Source: an uncultured Actinomycetes bacterium
GTDB lineage: Bacteria > Actinomycetota > Thermoleophilia > Solirubrobacterales > 70-9
Reading direction: 5' to 3'
NCBI GenBank assembly: GCA_937907435.1
Contig: CALCIA010000137.1
Location: forward strand, 39,212 to 103,211
DNA: 64,000 nt
A model generated the notes under the pieces. That model was not told the DNA's origin. It ran no database searches and saw only the letters and a list, made by a program, of their open reading frames with translations. Shown here piece after piece: positions 42,109 to 52,945 of this stretch. Each line of letters starts with the position of its first letter. Positions within the stretch are counted from its first letter, which is position 1. Made by a program: the position numbers and the translations under genes.

Positions 42109-42798
42109 ATGTCTGACCGGGCAGCGCCACCCACGCCACCCACAGCTCCCGCAGGTCGTGCCGTCCGTGGTCGCCTGTCCCGGGGGGTCGCGATCGTCGT
42201 CGTCCTGCTGTTCGTCGCCCTCTTGGCCTACGGCCTGCTGAGCAAGGCGACCAACCGAAGCATCGACGAAAGCCTCGCGAAGGGAACGGCTCCGTCCGCT
42301 CCGGAATTCGAAGATGTCGTCCTCGATCGGGGCGAGCTGCCGAACGGGCTCGCCGGCGCCGTCGGACCCGCCCTGGCCGACGGCAAGCTCGGCCTGCGCG
42401 AGCTCCGCGGCATTCCGGTCGTTCTCAACTTCTGGGCCTCGTGGTGCATCCCTTGCCGCGAAGAGGCGCCGATCCTCCGGGCCGGCTGGAAGCGCTTCGG
42501 ACCGCAGGGCGTCCTCTTCCTCGGCCTCGACATGCAGGATCTCACGGGTGATGCCCGCGCCTTCATCGGGAGCTACCACCTCACCTACCCGACGATCCGC
42601 GAGCCGAGCAACGACACCGCCCGCAAATACGGTGTGACGGGGATCCCGGAGACCTACTTCATCAGCGCGCGAGGCCGGGTCGTCGCGCATGTGATCGGCG
42701 TCATCGACGAAGGCGAGCTCGACGAAGACGTCGCGGCGGCGCGAAGCGGCAAGGTCGTCGGCACCGGGGAAGGCGGAGAAATCCGCCCGCAGCGGTGA
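42109..42798 (+). CDS. TlpA/ResA-family membrane-anchored thiol-disulfide oxidoreductase
   Basis: VVLNFWASWCIPCREEAP (WCxxC), YPTIREP..., GIPETYFI. Confidence 0.9.
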   Translation: MSDRAAPPTPPTAPAGRAVRGRLSRGVAIVVVLLFVALLAYGLLSKATNRSIDESLAKGTAPSAPEFEDVVLDRGELPNGLAGAVGPALADGKLGLRELRGIPVVLNFWASWCIPCREEAPILRAGWKRFGPQGVLFLGLDMQDLTGDARAFIGSYHLTYPTIREPSNDTARKYGVTGIPETYFISARGRVVAHVIGVIDEGELDEDVAAARSGKVVGTGEGGEIRPQR

Positions 42799-42859
42799 GG
42801 GCACCTCAGGAAGGCGGGCACACCACCGTCCTACCTGGAGTCAATCGGCCGGATCGACG

Positions 42860-45005
42860 ATGAGTCCGAAACTGAGAGTCCACCTGAAGGCCCTGTTCCG
42901 CCGGCGGCAGCGGGCGGAAAAAAGCCCCCCGGGCCCGCGGCGGGGGGAGGGGCACACGCCGCTCCACGACGAGCCCGGGAGCCGTGGCTTCCGCCCCGAT
43001 GTCGAGGGCCTGCGGGCGATCGCGATCGTCGCCGTCCTCCTGAGTCACGCAGGCGTGCCCTTCCTGGCCGGCGGCTACGTCGGCGTCGACGTCTTCTTCG
43101 TCATCTCCGGCTTCCTCATCACCCGCCTGCTGCTAAAGCGAGATGGAGGAGCGGGGGACGGTCTCGCTGCGCGGCTTCTACGCCCGCCGCGCGAAGCGGC
43201 TGCTGCCGCTCTCGGCGGTGCTCCTGGCGACCGTCGGCGTGCTCTCGATCGTCATCTTCTCGCCGTTGCGGGCGACCGAAATCTCCGGCGACATCGTCGC
43301 CTCGGCGCTCTACGTCGCCAACTGGCACTTCGCCGCGCAGTCGGTCGACTACTTCGCCCAGGGGCTCGAACCGAGCCCGGTCCTCCACCTCTGGTCGCTG
43401 GCGATCGAGGAGCAGTTCTACCTCGTCTGGCCGGCGCTGATGCTGGCCGTCACCTGGTGGTTCCGGAGGCGCGGCCGCAAGGTGCGGCCGATCCTGATGG
43501 TGACCGTCGCCCTCGTCTTCGCCGCCTCGCTCGTCACCGGCATCCTGCTCACCGACGCGACCCCGGCGGCCGCCTATTTCTCGACCTTCGGTCGCGCCTG
43601 GGAGCTGGCGCTGGGGGCGCTGCTGGCGCTGCTCGGCGCGGTCAAGCTGCCACGCCACGGCGCGGCAGCGATCGGCTGGCTCGGGTTGGCGGCGATCGTC
43701 TACGCCTCGCTCGCCTTCACTGCGACGACCCCTTTCCCGGGCGTCGCCGCCCTGGTCCCGACCCTCGGCGCCGCGGCGCTGATCCTCGCCGGCTCCTCGG
43801 TCTACGCGCAGCGGGCGGGCGCCCCGGCCTGGCTGCTCTCGCTGGGGCCGGTCCGCCACGTCGGCCGCGTCTCCTACTCCTGGTACCTCTGGCACTGGCC
43901 GTTCCTGATCTTCGCCGCGGCGCTCTTCGGCCCGCTCTCGGTCGCCGCCGGGCTCTCGGTCGTCGCCGTCGCCTGGGTCCCCTCCTACGCCAGCCACCTG
44001 TTGATCGAGGATCCGGTGCGCCGCGCCGGCAGCCTGACTCGACTGCCGAACCGGGCGATCCTGCTCGGCGCCGCATGCACCGCGGTCGCCGTCTCCAGCG
44101 GCATCGCCGTCTCGAGCCTCCAGCCCTCCTTCCGCACCGCCGCGGCCGGCGATGTCACGGGAGCCGCCGCACTGCCCGAACAGCCGCAGCCACAGCAGAC
44201 CGCCTCGGCGGTGCGGCCGAACCCGCTGCGCGCCCGCGCCGACCGCTCGCGGGTATTCTACGACGGCTGCCTGGTCGGGATCACCGGCACCAACTCCAAT
44301 CGCTGTCTCTACGGTGACCCCCGCGGTGAACGGACCGTGATCCTCTTCGGCGACTCGCACGCGATGCAGTACTTCCCGCCGCTCCAAGCGATCGCCGAAG
44401 AGCACCGGTGGCGTCTGATCGCCCTGACCAAGGCCGAATGCACGCCGGGCGAGGTGAAGATCCGCAGCATGGTCGCCGACCGCGAGTACTCGCAGTGCGA
44501 CGTCTGGCGCGAGACCGCGTTGAAGCGGATCGAAGAAGGCGACGGTTCGGTGACGGTCGTGATGAGCGGCGACACGGCCTACACCGCCTACGGTGAAGAC
44601 GGCGAAGAACTCTCGGGTGCCGCCAACGCCAACGCATTGCAGAAGGGGTACGAAAAGACGCTGGAACGCATCCGGGCCGCCGGCCCGGACACCGTCGTCA
44701 TCCGCGATACCCCGGCCTCCTCGAGCGACGTCCCCAGCTGCGTATCCGAAAACCTCCAGCACCTGCAGTCCTGCGCCTTCAAGGAGCCGCAGGAATGGAG
44801 TCGCGAATTCGACAGGCGCGCCACCGCCGTGGTCCCCGGGGCCCACCTGATCGATCTCACCGCCGAGATCTGCCCGGGAGAGCTGTGCCGAGCGGTGATC
44901 GGCAACGCCCTCGTGTATCGCGACAAAAGCCACCTGACGGCGACCTTCGCGCGGACGCTCCTGCCCTGGATCGAATCCGGCCTCGCCGACGCCAGACCGG
45001 GCTGA
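42860..45005 (+). pseudogene. acyltransferase-3 (OafA/YrhL-like) with C-terminal SGNH domain, interrupted by a single frameshift near 43139-43142
   Basis: Frame 1 gives FRPDVEGLRAIAIVAVLLSHAGVPFLAGGYVGVDVFFVISGFLITRLLLKR. Frame 2 continues (E)MEERGTVSLRGFYARRAKRLLPLS... for 620 aa. A TAA in frame 2 sits at 43134. Confidence 0.7.
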
Positions 45006-45016
45006 AGCCGGGCACC

Positions 45017-45154
45017 TCAGGAGAGCGGGCCCACCGGCGCCAGCAGGATGGCCACCACGCCCACCAGGATCCCGACGACGCGGAAGGCCAATCGCCCCTC
45101 GGCGAAGAGCAGCGCTCCTGCGGCCAGCGCAGTGACGGCCAGAAGCCACCTCAT
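45017..45154 (-). CDS. possible 45-aa 2-TM peptide (below ORF-track cutoff)
   Basis: My translation: MRWLLAVTALAAGALLFAEGRLAFRVVGILVGVVAILLAPVGPLS*. GGAGG lies only 2 nt before the ATG. Confidence 0.25.
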   Translation of the reverse strand: MRWLLAVTALAAGALLFAEGRLAFRVVGILVGVVAILLAPVGPLS

Positions 45155-45265
45155 GGCCTCCAATCGCGACCCCCCTTTCACCCGAAGCGGGGAGGGCGGA
45201 CGCCGCGACGTCTCGGTTGTGGCAAGTTCATCGGCGGCGGGAGGGAGCTAACTCATCGAGGACAT

Positions 45266-45286
45266 ACTCCTACGTTGCGTAGGAGT
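45266..45286. promoter_or_regulatory. palindromic operator site S15 (best copy)
   Basis: ACTCCTACgttgcGTAGGAGT, extending to the perfect 10+5+10 palindrome ATACTCCTAC-N5-GTAGGAGTAT (45264-45288). TATAGT follows, then TTG 45303. Confidence 0.8.
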
Positions 45287-45302
45287 ATAGTTCCGGCTCC
45301 TC

Positions 45303-45728
45303 TTGAATCCCACTCGGAAGCGCAACTTTCGGCTCGCCGCCGCACTCGCCACCGCCGTTCTCCTCTCGGTGGCCCTCGCCTACACCAGCTTCAACGCGTC
45401 GGCTTCCGACGTCACGGCCGGACAGCTCCTGGCGATGGCCCGTCCGGGCCAGAGCTACGAGCTGGCCGGAACCGTGACCTCGGCGCACCGTGCCGGCGAC
45501 ACCCTCTTCTTCCGCATCCGCGATCCGAAGCGGGCCGCGGTCTCGGTCCCCGTCCGCTACGCCGGCTCGGTCCCCGACCCGTTCCGGGTCGGCCGCGCGG
45601 TGGTCGTCACGGTCCGCGAGGCGGGCCCGCGGTTCGTCGGCGAACCGAACACGCTGACCACCAAATGCCCCTCGAAGTTCAGGGCCGAAGGCGAACCCGA
45701 CGGGACCGGCCCCGTGCTCGGGCGATGA
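45303..45728 (+). CDS. ccmE: CcmE-like heme chaperone, Cys variant (CPSKF instead of HxxxY)
   Basis: N-terminal anchor. OB-fold-like core (YELAGTVTS...FFRIRD...VPVRYAGSVPDPFRVGRAVVVTV). C-terminal LTTKCPSKF. Confidence 0.8.
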   Translation: MNPTRKRNFRLAAALATAVLLSVALAYTSFNASASDVTAGQLLAMARPGQSYELAGTVTSAHRAGDTLFFRIRDPKRAAVSVPVRYAGSVPDPFRVGRAVVVTVREAGPRFVGEPNTLTTKCPSKFRAEGEPDGTGPVLGR

Positions 45729-45738
45729 GGCGCCGGGC

Positions 45739-47934
<2,196 letters not shown>

Positions 47935-47941
47935 GCAGGAG

Positions 47942-49159
47942 ATGTCGAAGCGCGGAAGGTCCGGGGTGCGCAAGAAGGGTGGGGCCGCGAGGCGGAAATC
48001 GAATCGCCCCAATCCGCCGAAGCCGACGACCACGCGCGCCGAGCGCCCGGCGGCGGGCACCAAGGCGGAGGACCGTGGCGGCTGGCGTCGGGAGGTCCTG
48101 GCCGAGGTCCTGCGGCCGACCTGCTGGTTCGATCCGGGAGAGGGGGAGGGCGCCCCTCGCTCGCTGACCATCTCCTTCACCGGAAGGCGGCTGGACGTCA
48201 AGGGCAAGCCGCGCGCGGGCGACAGATTCGTCCAGGCACAGATGGTGGAGGGCGTCGTCCCGGGCTCCGGTCCGGTCGCGGTGACCACCGAGGTCCGAGG
48301 GATGAATCCCGGCGAGTGGGAGGTCACCGCGGCACCATCCGCGAGGCTCTGCCGGAGCCGTCCGCTCCATGCTCTTGCGGCGGCGGAGGGATCCGGTCAC
48401 GTCTTGTGGCCGCGGAGAGTCCGGCCCCGTGCGGCCCGGACCGAGAGACTAGCCAGCCAGATACGCCCCTGGGCGCCGATCCCCGGGGTGCATCCGGTGA
48501 GCTGGGGGGTGCTGGTCGGCCTGGGCGTCCTCGTGGGCCTCGTCGTGCAGGGGCTCCTCCTCTCGCGTGCCGGAGAGGACATCGGTGCGGCGCTCTTCGT
48601 GTCGGCCGCGGCGGTCGTCGCCGGTTGTGCGGGCGCGAAGGCCTGGTACGTCGTCGTCCAGCACGGGCGGCGGTTCGACGGCTGGTGTGTCCAGGGCGCG
48701 ATCCTCGGAGGTGGGATCGCGGCCGGCATCGTTCTCCTGAGCGGGTCGGCGATCCACGCGGGCGCCTATCTCGATGCCACCGCCCCGGGGCTGATGCTCG
48801 GGATGGCCGTCGGCAGACCGGGCTGCTTCCTGGCGGGCTGCTGCTACGGCCGGCCCACCGCGTCCCGCTGGGGGATCTGGTCGTCGGACCGTTGTGTCGG
48901 GATCCGACGGGTGCCGACCCAGCTGATCGAAGCGGCGCTCTGCCTGGCGATCGGGTTGGTGGCGCTGGTCCTGGCGCTGGTCGAGGGTCTGGACGGCTCG
49001 GGGCTACTTCTGGCTGGAAGCCTGGCCGCGTTCGTCCTCGGCAGGCAGATGATCCTGCCCTACCGTGCGCAGCCGCGGCAGACCTCCTTCGGCCGGCCCG
49101 CGACCATCGTCCTGGCGGCGGTCACCTTGATCGCCTCGGTCGCGATCGGTCTGCGCTGA
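47942..49159 (+). CDS. Lgt-family (diacylglyceryl transferase-like) membrane protein with about 170-aa basic N-terminal extension
   Basis: C-terminal half has GRPGCFLAGCCYGRPT...WG...RRVPTQLIEAAL (Lgt-family variant motifs). The N-terminal half is basic and beta-rich with no match I recognise. Confidence 0.7.
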   Translation: MSKRGRSGVRKKGGAARRKSNRPNPPKPTTTRAERPAAGTKAEDRGGWRREVLAEVLRPTCWFDPGEGEGAPRSLTISFTGRRLDVKGKPRAGDRFVQAQMVEGVVPGSGPVAVTTEVRGMNPGEWEVTAAPSARLCRSRPLHALAAAEGSGHVLWPRRVRPRAARTERLASQIRPWAPIPGVHPVSWGVLVGLGVLVGLVVQGLLLSRAGEDIGAALFVSAAAVVAGCAGAKAWYVVVQHGRRFDGWCVQGAILGGGIAAGIVLLSGSAIHAGAYLDATAPGLMLGMAVGRPGCFLAGCCYGRPTASRWGIWSSDRCVGIRRVPTQLIEAALCLAIGLVALVLALVEGLDGSGLLLAGSLAAFVLGRQMILPYRAQPRQTSFGRPATIVLAAVTLIASVAIGLR

Positions 49160-49188
49160 GCTTCGCCGGGCCGCAGGCCGAATGGGGT

Positions 49189-49851
49189 CTATTTCGGCCG
49201 GGGCGCGGTGGCGACGTAGAAGGCCATCGTCCCGGTGGCCGTACGAAGCTGGTCCACCTGCTCCGCCCGCTGCAGCCCGGCGTCGGTGAAGATCGAAGGC
49301 AGGGCACCCTCCGCGTTCTCGCGGGTCAGCTCGAAGCCGTCGAGGCTGCGGACCGCGAGGAACGCGATCCGCATCAGCGCATCTTGAGGGGGACCCCAGT
49401 CGGCGACGAGGAGGCGCCCGCCTGGACGGAGGACGCGCGCGATCTCCGCCGCCGTCGCACGCTTGGCGGCAGGCTCCAGATGGTGGAAGAAGAGGGTCGA
49501 GAGGACGACGTCGAAGCGGCCGTCGTCGTAGGGCAGGTCGGTCGAATGGCCCTGGTCGAAGTCGACATGGGCGCCGGCCGAGGAAGCCTTCTGGCGCGCC
49601 CGTGCGAGTATCTCGGGATCGCCGTCGAGCCCGGTGACCTCGGCTCCCGGTTGGGCCCGTTCGGCCGCGATCGCCAGCGTGCCGGTCCCGCAGCCGAGGT
49701 CCAGTACGCGATCCTCGGCCTTCAACTCGGCGATCTCGAGCAGGCGCCGCTTGAAGGCGCCCTCCCGCGAGGTCAGGCGCACCACCGGGTCGTAGAGAGC
49801 GGTGAGGGCGCGATATCGGAGCGCCGGCACGTAGCGAGCGTCCTCACCCAT
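49189..49851 (-). CDS. class I SAM-dependent methyltransferase (UbiE/COQ5-like)
   Basis: VLDLGCGTGTLAIAAE, FDVVLSTLFFHHL, LRPGGRLLVADW. Confidence 0.85.
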   Translation of the reverse strand: MGEDARYVPALRYRALTALYDPVVRLTSREGAFKRRLLEIAELKAEDRVLDLGCGTGTLAIAAERAQPGAEVTGLDGDPEILARARQKASSAGAHVDFDQGHSTDLPYDDGRFDVVLSTLFFHHLEPAAKRATAAEIARVLRPGGRLLVADWGPPQDALMRIAFLAVRSLDGFELTRENAEGALPSIFTDAGLQRAEQVDQLRTATGTMAFYVATAPRPK

Positions 49852-50134
49852 GCGTGACCGACCGGGACGGCGGCTGGGGGTCCATCCGCGCGAGGATTTC
49901 GGCCGCTTCGCTGCGAAGAGTCGCGCGCCGGTGCAGGTAATCCTCCTCGGAGAGCTTTCCGGCAGCGTGGTCCAGTTCGGTGTCCCGCAGCTCGCGGTAC
50001 TTCGCCTCCTTGAGGGCCTCGAGCTCCTCGTGGCGGACGTCGGCCGGGTCGCCGGCGCCGCGACGGCGCCACAGCGGGGCCGCCACCAATGGTGCCACGA
50101 CGGCGACCAGGATCAGCGCGTAGGCGAACTCCAC
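49844..50134 (-). CDS. small membrane-anchored CcmI-N-terminal-like protein (leaderless GTG start)
   Basis: VEFAYALILVAVVAPLVAAPLWRRRG...EELEALKEAKYRELRDTELDHAAGKLSEEDYLHRRATLRSEAAEIL. GTG lies 2 nt after the GTAG half of S16. The track ORF extends upstream through the operator. Confidence 0.5.
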   Translation of the reverse strand: MEFAYALILVAVVAPLVAAPLWRRRGAGDPADVRHEELEALKEAKYRELRDTELDHAAGKLSEEDYLHRRATLRSEAAEILARMDPQPPSRSVTHG

Positions 50135-50153
50135 GACTACATTATGTAGGAGT
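50133..50153. promoter_or_regulatory. palindromic operator site S16
   Basis: ACGACTACattatGTAGGAGT. Minus strand reads CTCCTACATAATGTAGTCGTG (CATAAT -10-like box, GTG start 6 nt later). Confidence 0.7.
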
Positions 50154-50725
50154 TCTGGGCGCCGGCGGAACTCCTGCTCGCTCATGTCCCAGAAAAGTTG
50201 GATCCGCAGGCACACCGTCCGCCTCGGTCGGATGCCTCGAGGCAAAGGACCGGCTGTTGCCCCCTCGTCGCCGGTGACCGTGAAGTCGCTCGGGTCGATC
50301 GGTACGGTCCCGTCGCCTTCGCGAGGGTCAGGACGAGAGGCGGACTAGTCGAAGGCACGGGGACTCCGCCCCTCTCGGGCACGGTGGGACCAGCGGCCGT
50401 CGCCAGCAGCGTCCCGCCCCCGAGATGCACCGACACCGATTCGCCCTGGATCGTAAGCGCGGGCCTCGTCTCGCCGGCCGTGAGCACGCGGCCGACCGGG
50501 ACCTTCGCCCTCGGCAGCCAGCTCGGTAGACCGCCGCCCACCGGCGACGGCGGGTTGAGTTGGACGCCGTCCGGCAGCACGTCGATCGTCATCTGGGGCT
50601 TCGACGTCGAGATCGGTTGACGTGGAGTTCCCGCGCTTTAAGGGCTGCTGGCAACATCTGAGTCTGAATCGCGAAGGCCTCGGCGGCCGGGTTCGTCTCT
50701 ACATAAGGGTCCTTATCGGGCGTGG

Positions 50726-51007
50726 ATGCAAAGCGACCTGCGAGGCCGCTGCGTCGTGCGGTCCGTGACGCGACGACTTGTAGCGCGGACGGAGGTTTGC
50801 GAACATACGTTCGTGTCCTCGGACAAGGACAAGCTCGCGATCCTTGACGCTGCCATCGCCTGCCGGCCGGCGGCGCTGCGGGTCGAGGCGGAGGACGGCG
50901 ATGCCGTCGAGTGGCTGGCGAGGGCTGGACTGCTGATCAATGCCGGGGACGGGACCGTCACTCCCACCCGCGCCGCGGTCCACTACGACGAACTGGTCAG
51001 AGGATGA
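50726..51007 (+). CDS. hypothetical small protein
   Basis: 93-aa ORF, protein-like from DKLAILDAAIACRPAAL... Preceded by the palindrome ATAAGGgtCCTTAT (50703-50716). Confidence 0.4.
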   Translation: MQSDLRGRCVVRSVTRRLVARTEVCEHTFVSSDKDKLAILDAAIACRPAALRVEAEDGDAVEWLARAGLLINAGDGTVTPTRAAVHYDELVRG

Positions 51008-51210
51008 GCGGGATGCGCTGCGCCGGATGCGGTCATCTCCGCCAATATTTTCGACCCGTGGTGGTCGTGCGCGACGGTCTGGCGATAGTGGCTACCGAAG
51101 GGACCCCGGCCCGAGACGAGGTGGGTGTCCAGCGCTTCCACGAGCGTTGCTACGAGGCCGCCCGGAAAGCGGATCCTTCGCTGCCGGACATCGCTCGCTC
51201 AGACAGCTGA
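51004..51210 (+). CDS. hypothetical small CxxC protein
   Basis: ATGA overlap with the upstream ORF. MSGMRCAGCGHLRQYF...FHERCYEAARK. Confidence 0.4.
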   Translation: MSGMRCAGCGHLRQYFRPVVVVRDGLAIVATEGTPARDEVGVQRFHERCYEAARKADPSLPDIARSDS

Positions 51211-51470
51211 GTCCGTCGTCGAGGCGCGTTGCTGGCGCCCCTTCTCAGATGAGGTGCACGCCCTTCGTGTTGGAGCGTCCACCGGTCGACTACTTAACTC
51301 GGGCTTTCTCAATCGTTCTTACCGAGCTAAGTGGTTTGCGATCTCCCATATGTGGGAATTCATTGAACGTTTAGGCGGCGTGGGAAGCCGTTTTGTCGGG
51401 AGGGACGTTGGCAAGACTGGGATTGTTAAGAGGGGGGGCCACTTTTCGGCCTCGCGGCTCTGTAGAGGTG

Positions 51471-52943
51471 ATGGACTCTCCCACTCACCCGGCTGGTCTC
51501 GGGCGGCGCCCGCATCTGCTCGAGGATTTCGGGCCTGGTCGCCAGCGCGGCCAGATGCTCCGAAGGCAACTGGCCGAGCGCTTTCCGGATCGATCACCCG
51601 ACGAGGTCGAGGACGCGGTGCAGGCGGCATGCCAGAAGTTCCTCGCCGACTCCGACGCCGTCGGATTTACCGAGCCGCCGCGAATCTATGCTTGGCTGCG
51701 GACCGCCGCCTACCGAGAGATGGTCCACGAGCTGGAAGGACAGACGCGGATGACGGCGGCGGATCCGAACGGTTCGTTGCTGGAGACAGAGGCCTCCGAT
51801 GAGCCGGGTCCGGTCGCCGACCTGATGGAGATCGAGAAGCAGGCAGAGCTCAAGATCCTTGTGGAACAGGTGTCCTCGACGCTCTCGGACTCGCGGCGCC
51901 AGGTCTTCGTTCTCTGGGCCGCCGGACGAAGGCGTCCGGAAATCGCGGAACAGCTCGGGATCAGCGACCGCGCCGTGAAGAAGGCCCTCGAAGAGGTGAT
52001 GCGAAACGCCCGAGAGGTATTGACCCGCCAGACCGGCGGCGGTTGCGCGGAGGGTGAGTCGTTGGTGTTGCGGTTGACCTGCGGACTGGCGGCGGCGGGC
52101 GAGGCGGTGCGCGCTCGTCTTCATCTTCAGCATTGCGGCCGGTGCTCGGCCTTCTCGGAGGAGCTCGCGGCGTGGAAAGACAAGGTGCCGGCGGTTCTGC
52201 CTCCCGTCGCGGTCGAAGTCGCACACCCAGGGCTCTTGGGACGCGTGGTGGGTCGCGTCGGTGAAGCGGTCGGCTCAGCGAGGCGCCACGTCCTCGGCGG
52301 AGGCGCCCAGATAAAGCAGCAGGCGACCTTGGCGACCTACGGTCGGGCCCCGGATCCCACGCCCTTCATCGGGACGCGTCCCGGCACGGTGGCGGCGGTC
52401 GTCGCCGGCTGCCTCGCGATCGGCGGCGGCGCGGCCACCATCTGCTCCCAGCCAGGTGTCGACCCCATCGGGGCGGCGGCGGACCTCTTCTCCGGCACCT
52501 CCGAAGAAACCGCGAAAGAACCGAGCCCGCCGAAGGCCGAAGAACCCGCCGTTCCCCCGCCGGCCGAAGAACCCGCCGAAGAGCCCGTGGTCGCACCTGT
52601 CTACGGGACGGAAGAAGCGGCGGAATCGGAACCATCTAAGTCGACCCCTTCGGAAGCCCAGCCGCACGAAGGATCGTCGTCGAAGGAACACGAAGCGACC
52701 GCGGTCGAACCCGCCGTGAGCGAACCGGAAGAAGTGGCCGTCGAAGAAGCGACTCCGCCGCCGCCCGAACAGAGCTTCGAAGCAGCCTCGCCGGAGTACC
52801 CGGCGGTCGAATCCTCCTCGCCCTCGACCTCGTCTTCCTCGTCGTCTCCGTCCACGTCCTCTTCCGGATCGGAATCGTCGTCCTCCGCGGCCGAACCCGC
52901 CGCGGTGCCGAAGAACGAAGCAACCCAATTTGGAGGTCCCTGA
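51471..52943 (+). CDS. sigma-70 family (ECF-like) sigma factor fused to a ZAS-type anti-sigma motif, a TM helix and a Pro/Glu/Ser-rich extracytoplasmic tail
   Basis: Region 2-like (IYAWLRTAAYREMVHEL). Region 4 HTH (RRQVFVLWAAGRRRPEIAEQLGISDRAVKKALEEV). HLQHCGRCS (H-x3-C-x2-C). TM GTVAAVVAGCLAIGGGAATI. Then an acidic PE/S-rich tail. Start set at ATG 51471 behind AGAGGTG. Confidence 0.75.
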   Translation: MDSPTHPAGLGRRPHLLEDFGPGRQRGQMLRRQLAERFPDRSPDEVEDAVQAACQKFLADSDAVGFTEPPRIYAWLRTAAYREMVHELEGQTRMTAADPNGSLLETEASDEPGPVADLMEIEKQAELKILVEQVSSTLSDSRRQVFVLWAAGRRRPEIAEQLGISDRAVKKALEEVMRNAREVLTRQTGGGCAEGESLVLRLTCGLAAAGEAVRARLHLQHCGRCSAFSEELAAWKDKVPAVLPPVAVEVAHPGLLGRVVGRVGEAVGSARRHVLGGGAQIKQQATLATYGRAPDPTPFIGTRPGTVAAVVAGCLAIGGGAATICSQPGVDPIGAAADLFSGTSEETAKEPSPPKAEEPAVPPPAEEPAEEPVVAPVYGTEEAAESEPSKSTPSEAQPHEGSSSKEHEATAVEPAVSEPEEVAVEEATPPPPEQSFEAASPEYPAVESSSPSTSSSSSSPSTSSSGSESSSSAAEPAAVPKNEATQFGGP

Positions 52944-52945
52944 AG

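Noticed and set aside
42799-42830. About 25-nt similarity between the sequences following the tlpA stop (GGGCACCTCAGGAAGGCGGGCACACC) and the acyltransferase stop (GGGCACCTCAGGAGAGCGGGCCCACC, about 45008).
   Set aside because: It is short and GC-rich. The second copy overlaps a possible small minus-strand ORF. There is insufficient evidence for a repeat element.
42827-42847. Weak dyad-like sequences CCGTCCTACctggaGTCAATCG (42827) and GGCTACctctaGTCACC (about 23931).
   Set aside because: The right half has two core mismatches (GTCA). I counted them as non-sites to keep the motif set conservative.
50182-50592. Track ORF whose N-terminal two-thirds look protein-like (..TAGETRPALTIQGESVSVHLGGGTLLATAAGPTVPE..). 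The adjacent frame continues ..REGDGTVPIDPSDFTVTGDEG...
   Set aside because: It is probably a frameshifted remnant lacking a signal or N-terminus. The evidence is too thin for a feature call, so it is mentioned only under the frameshift findings.
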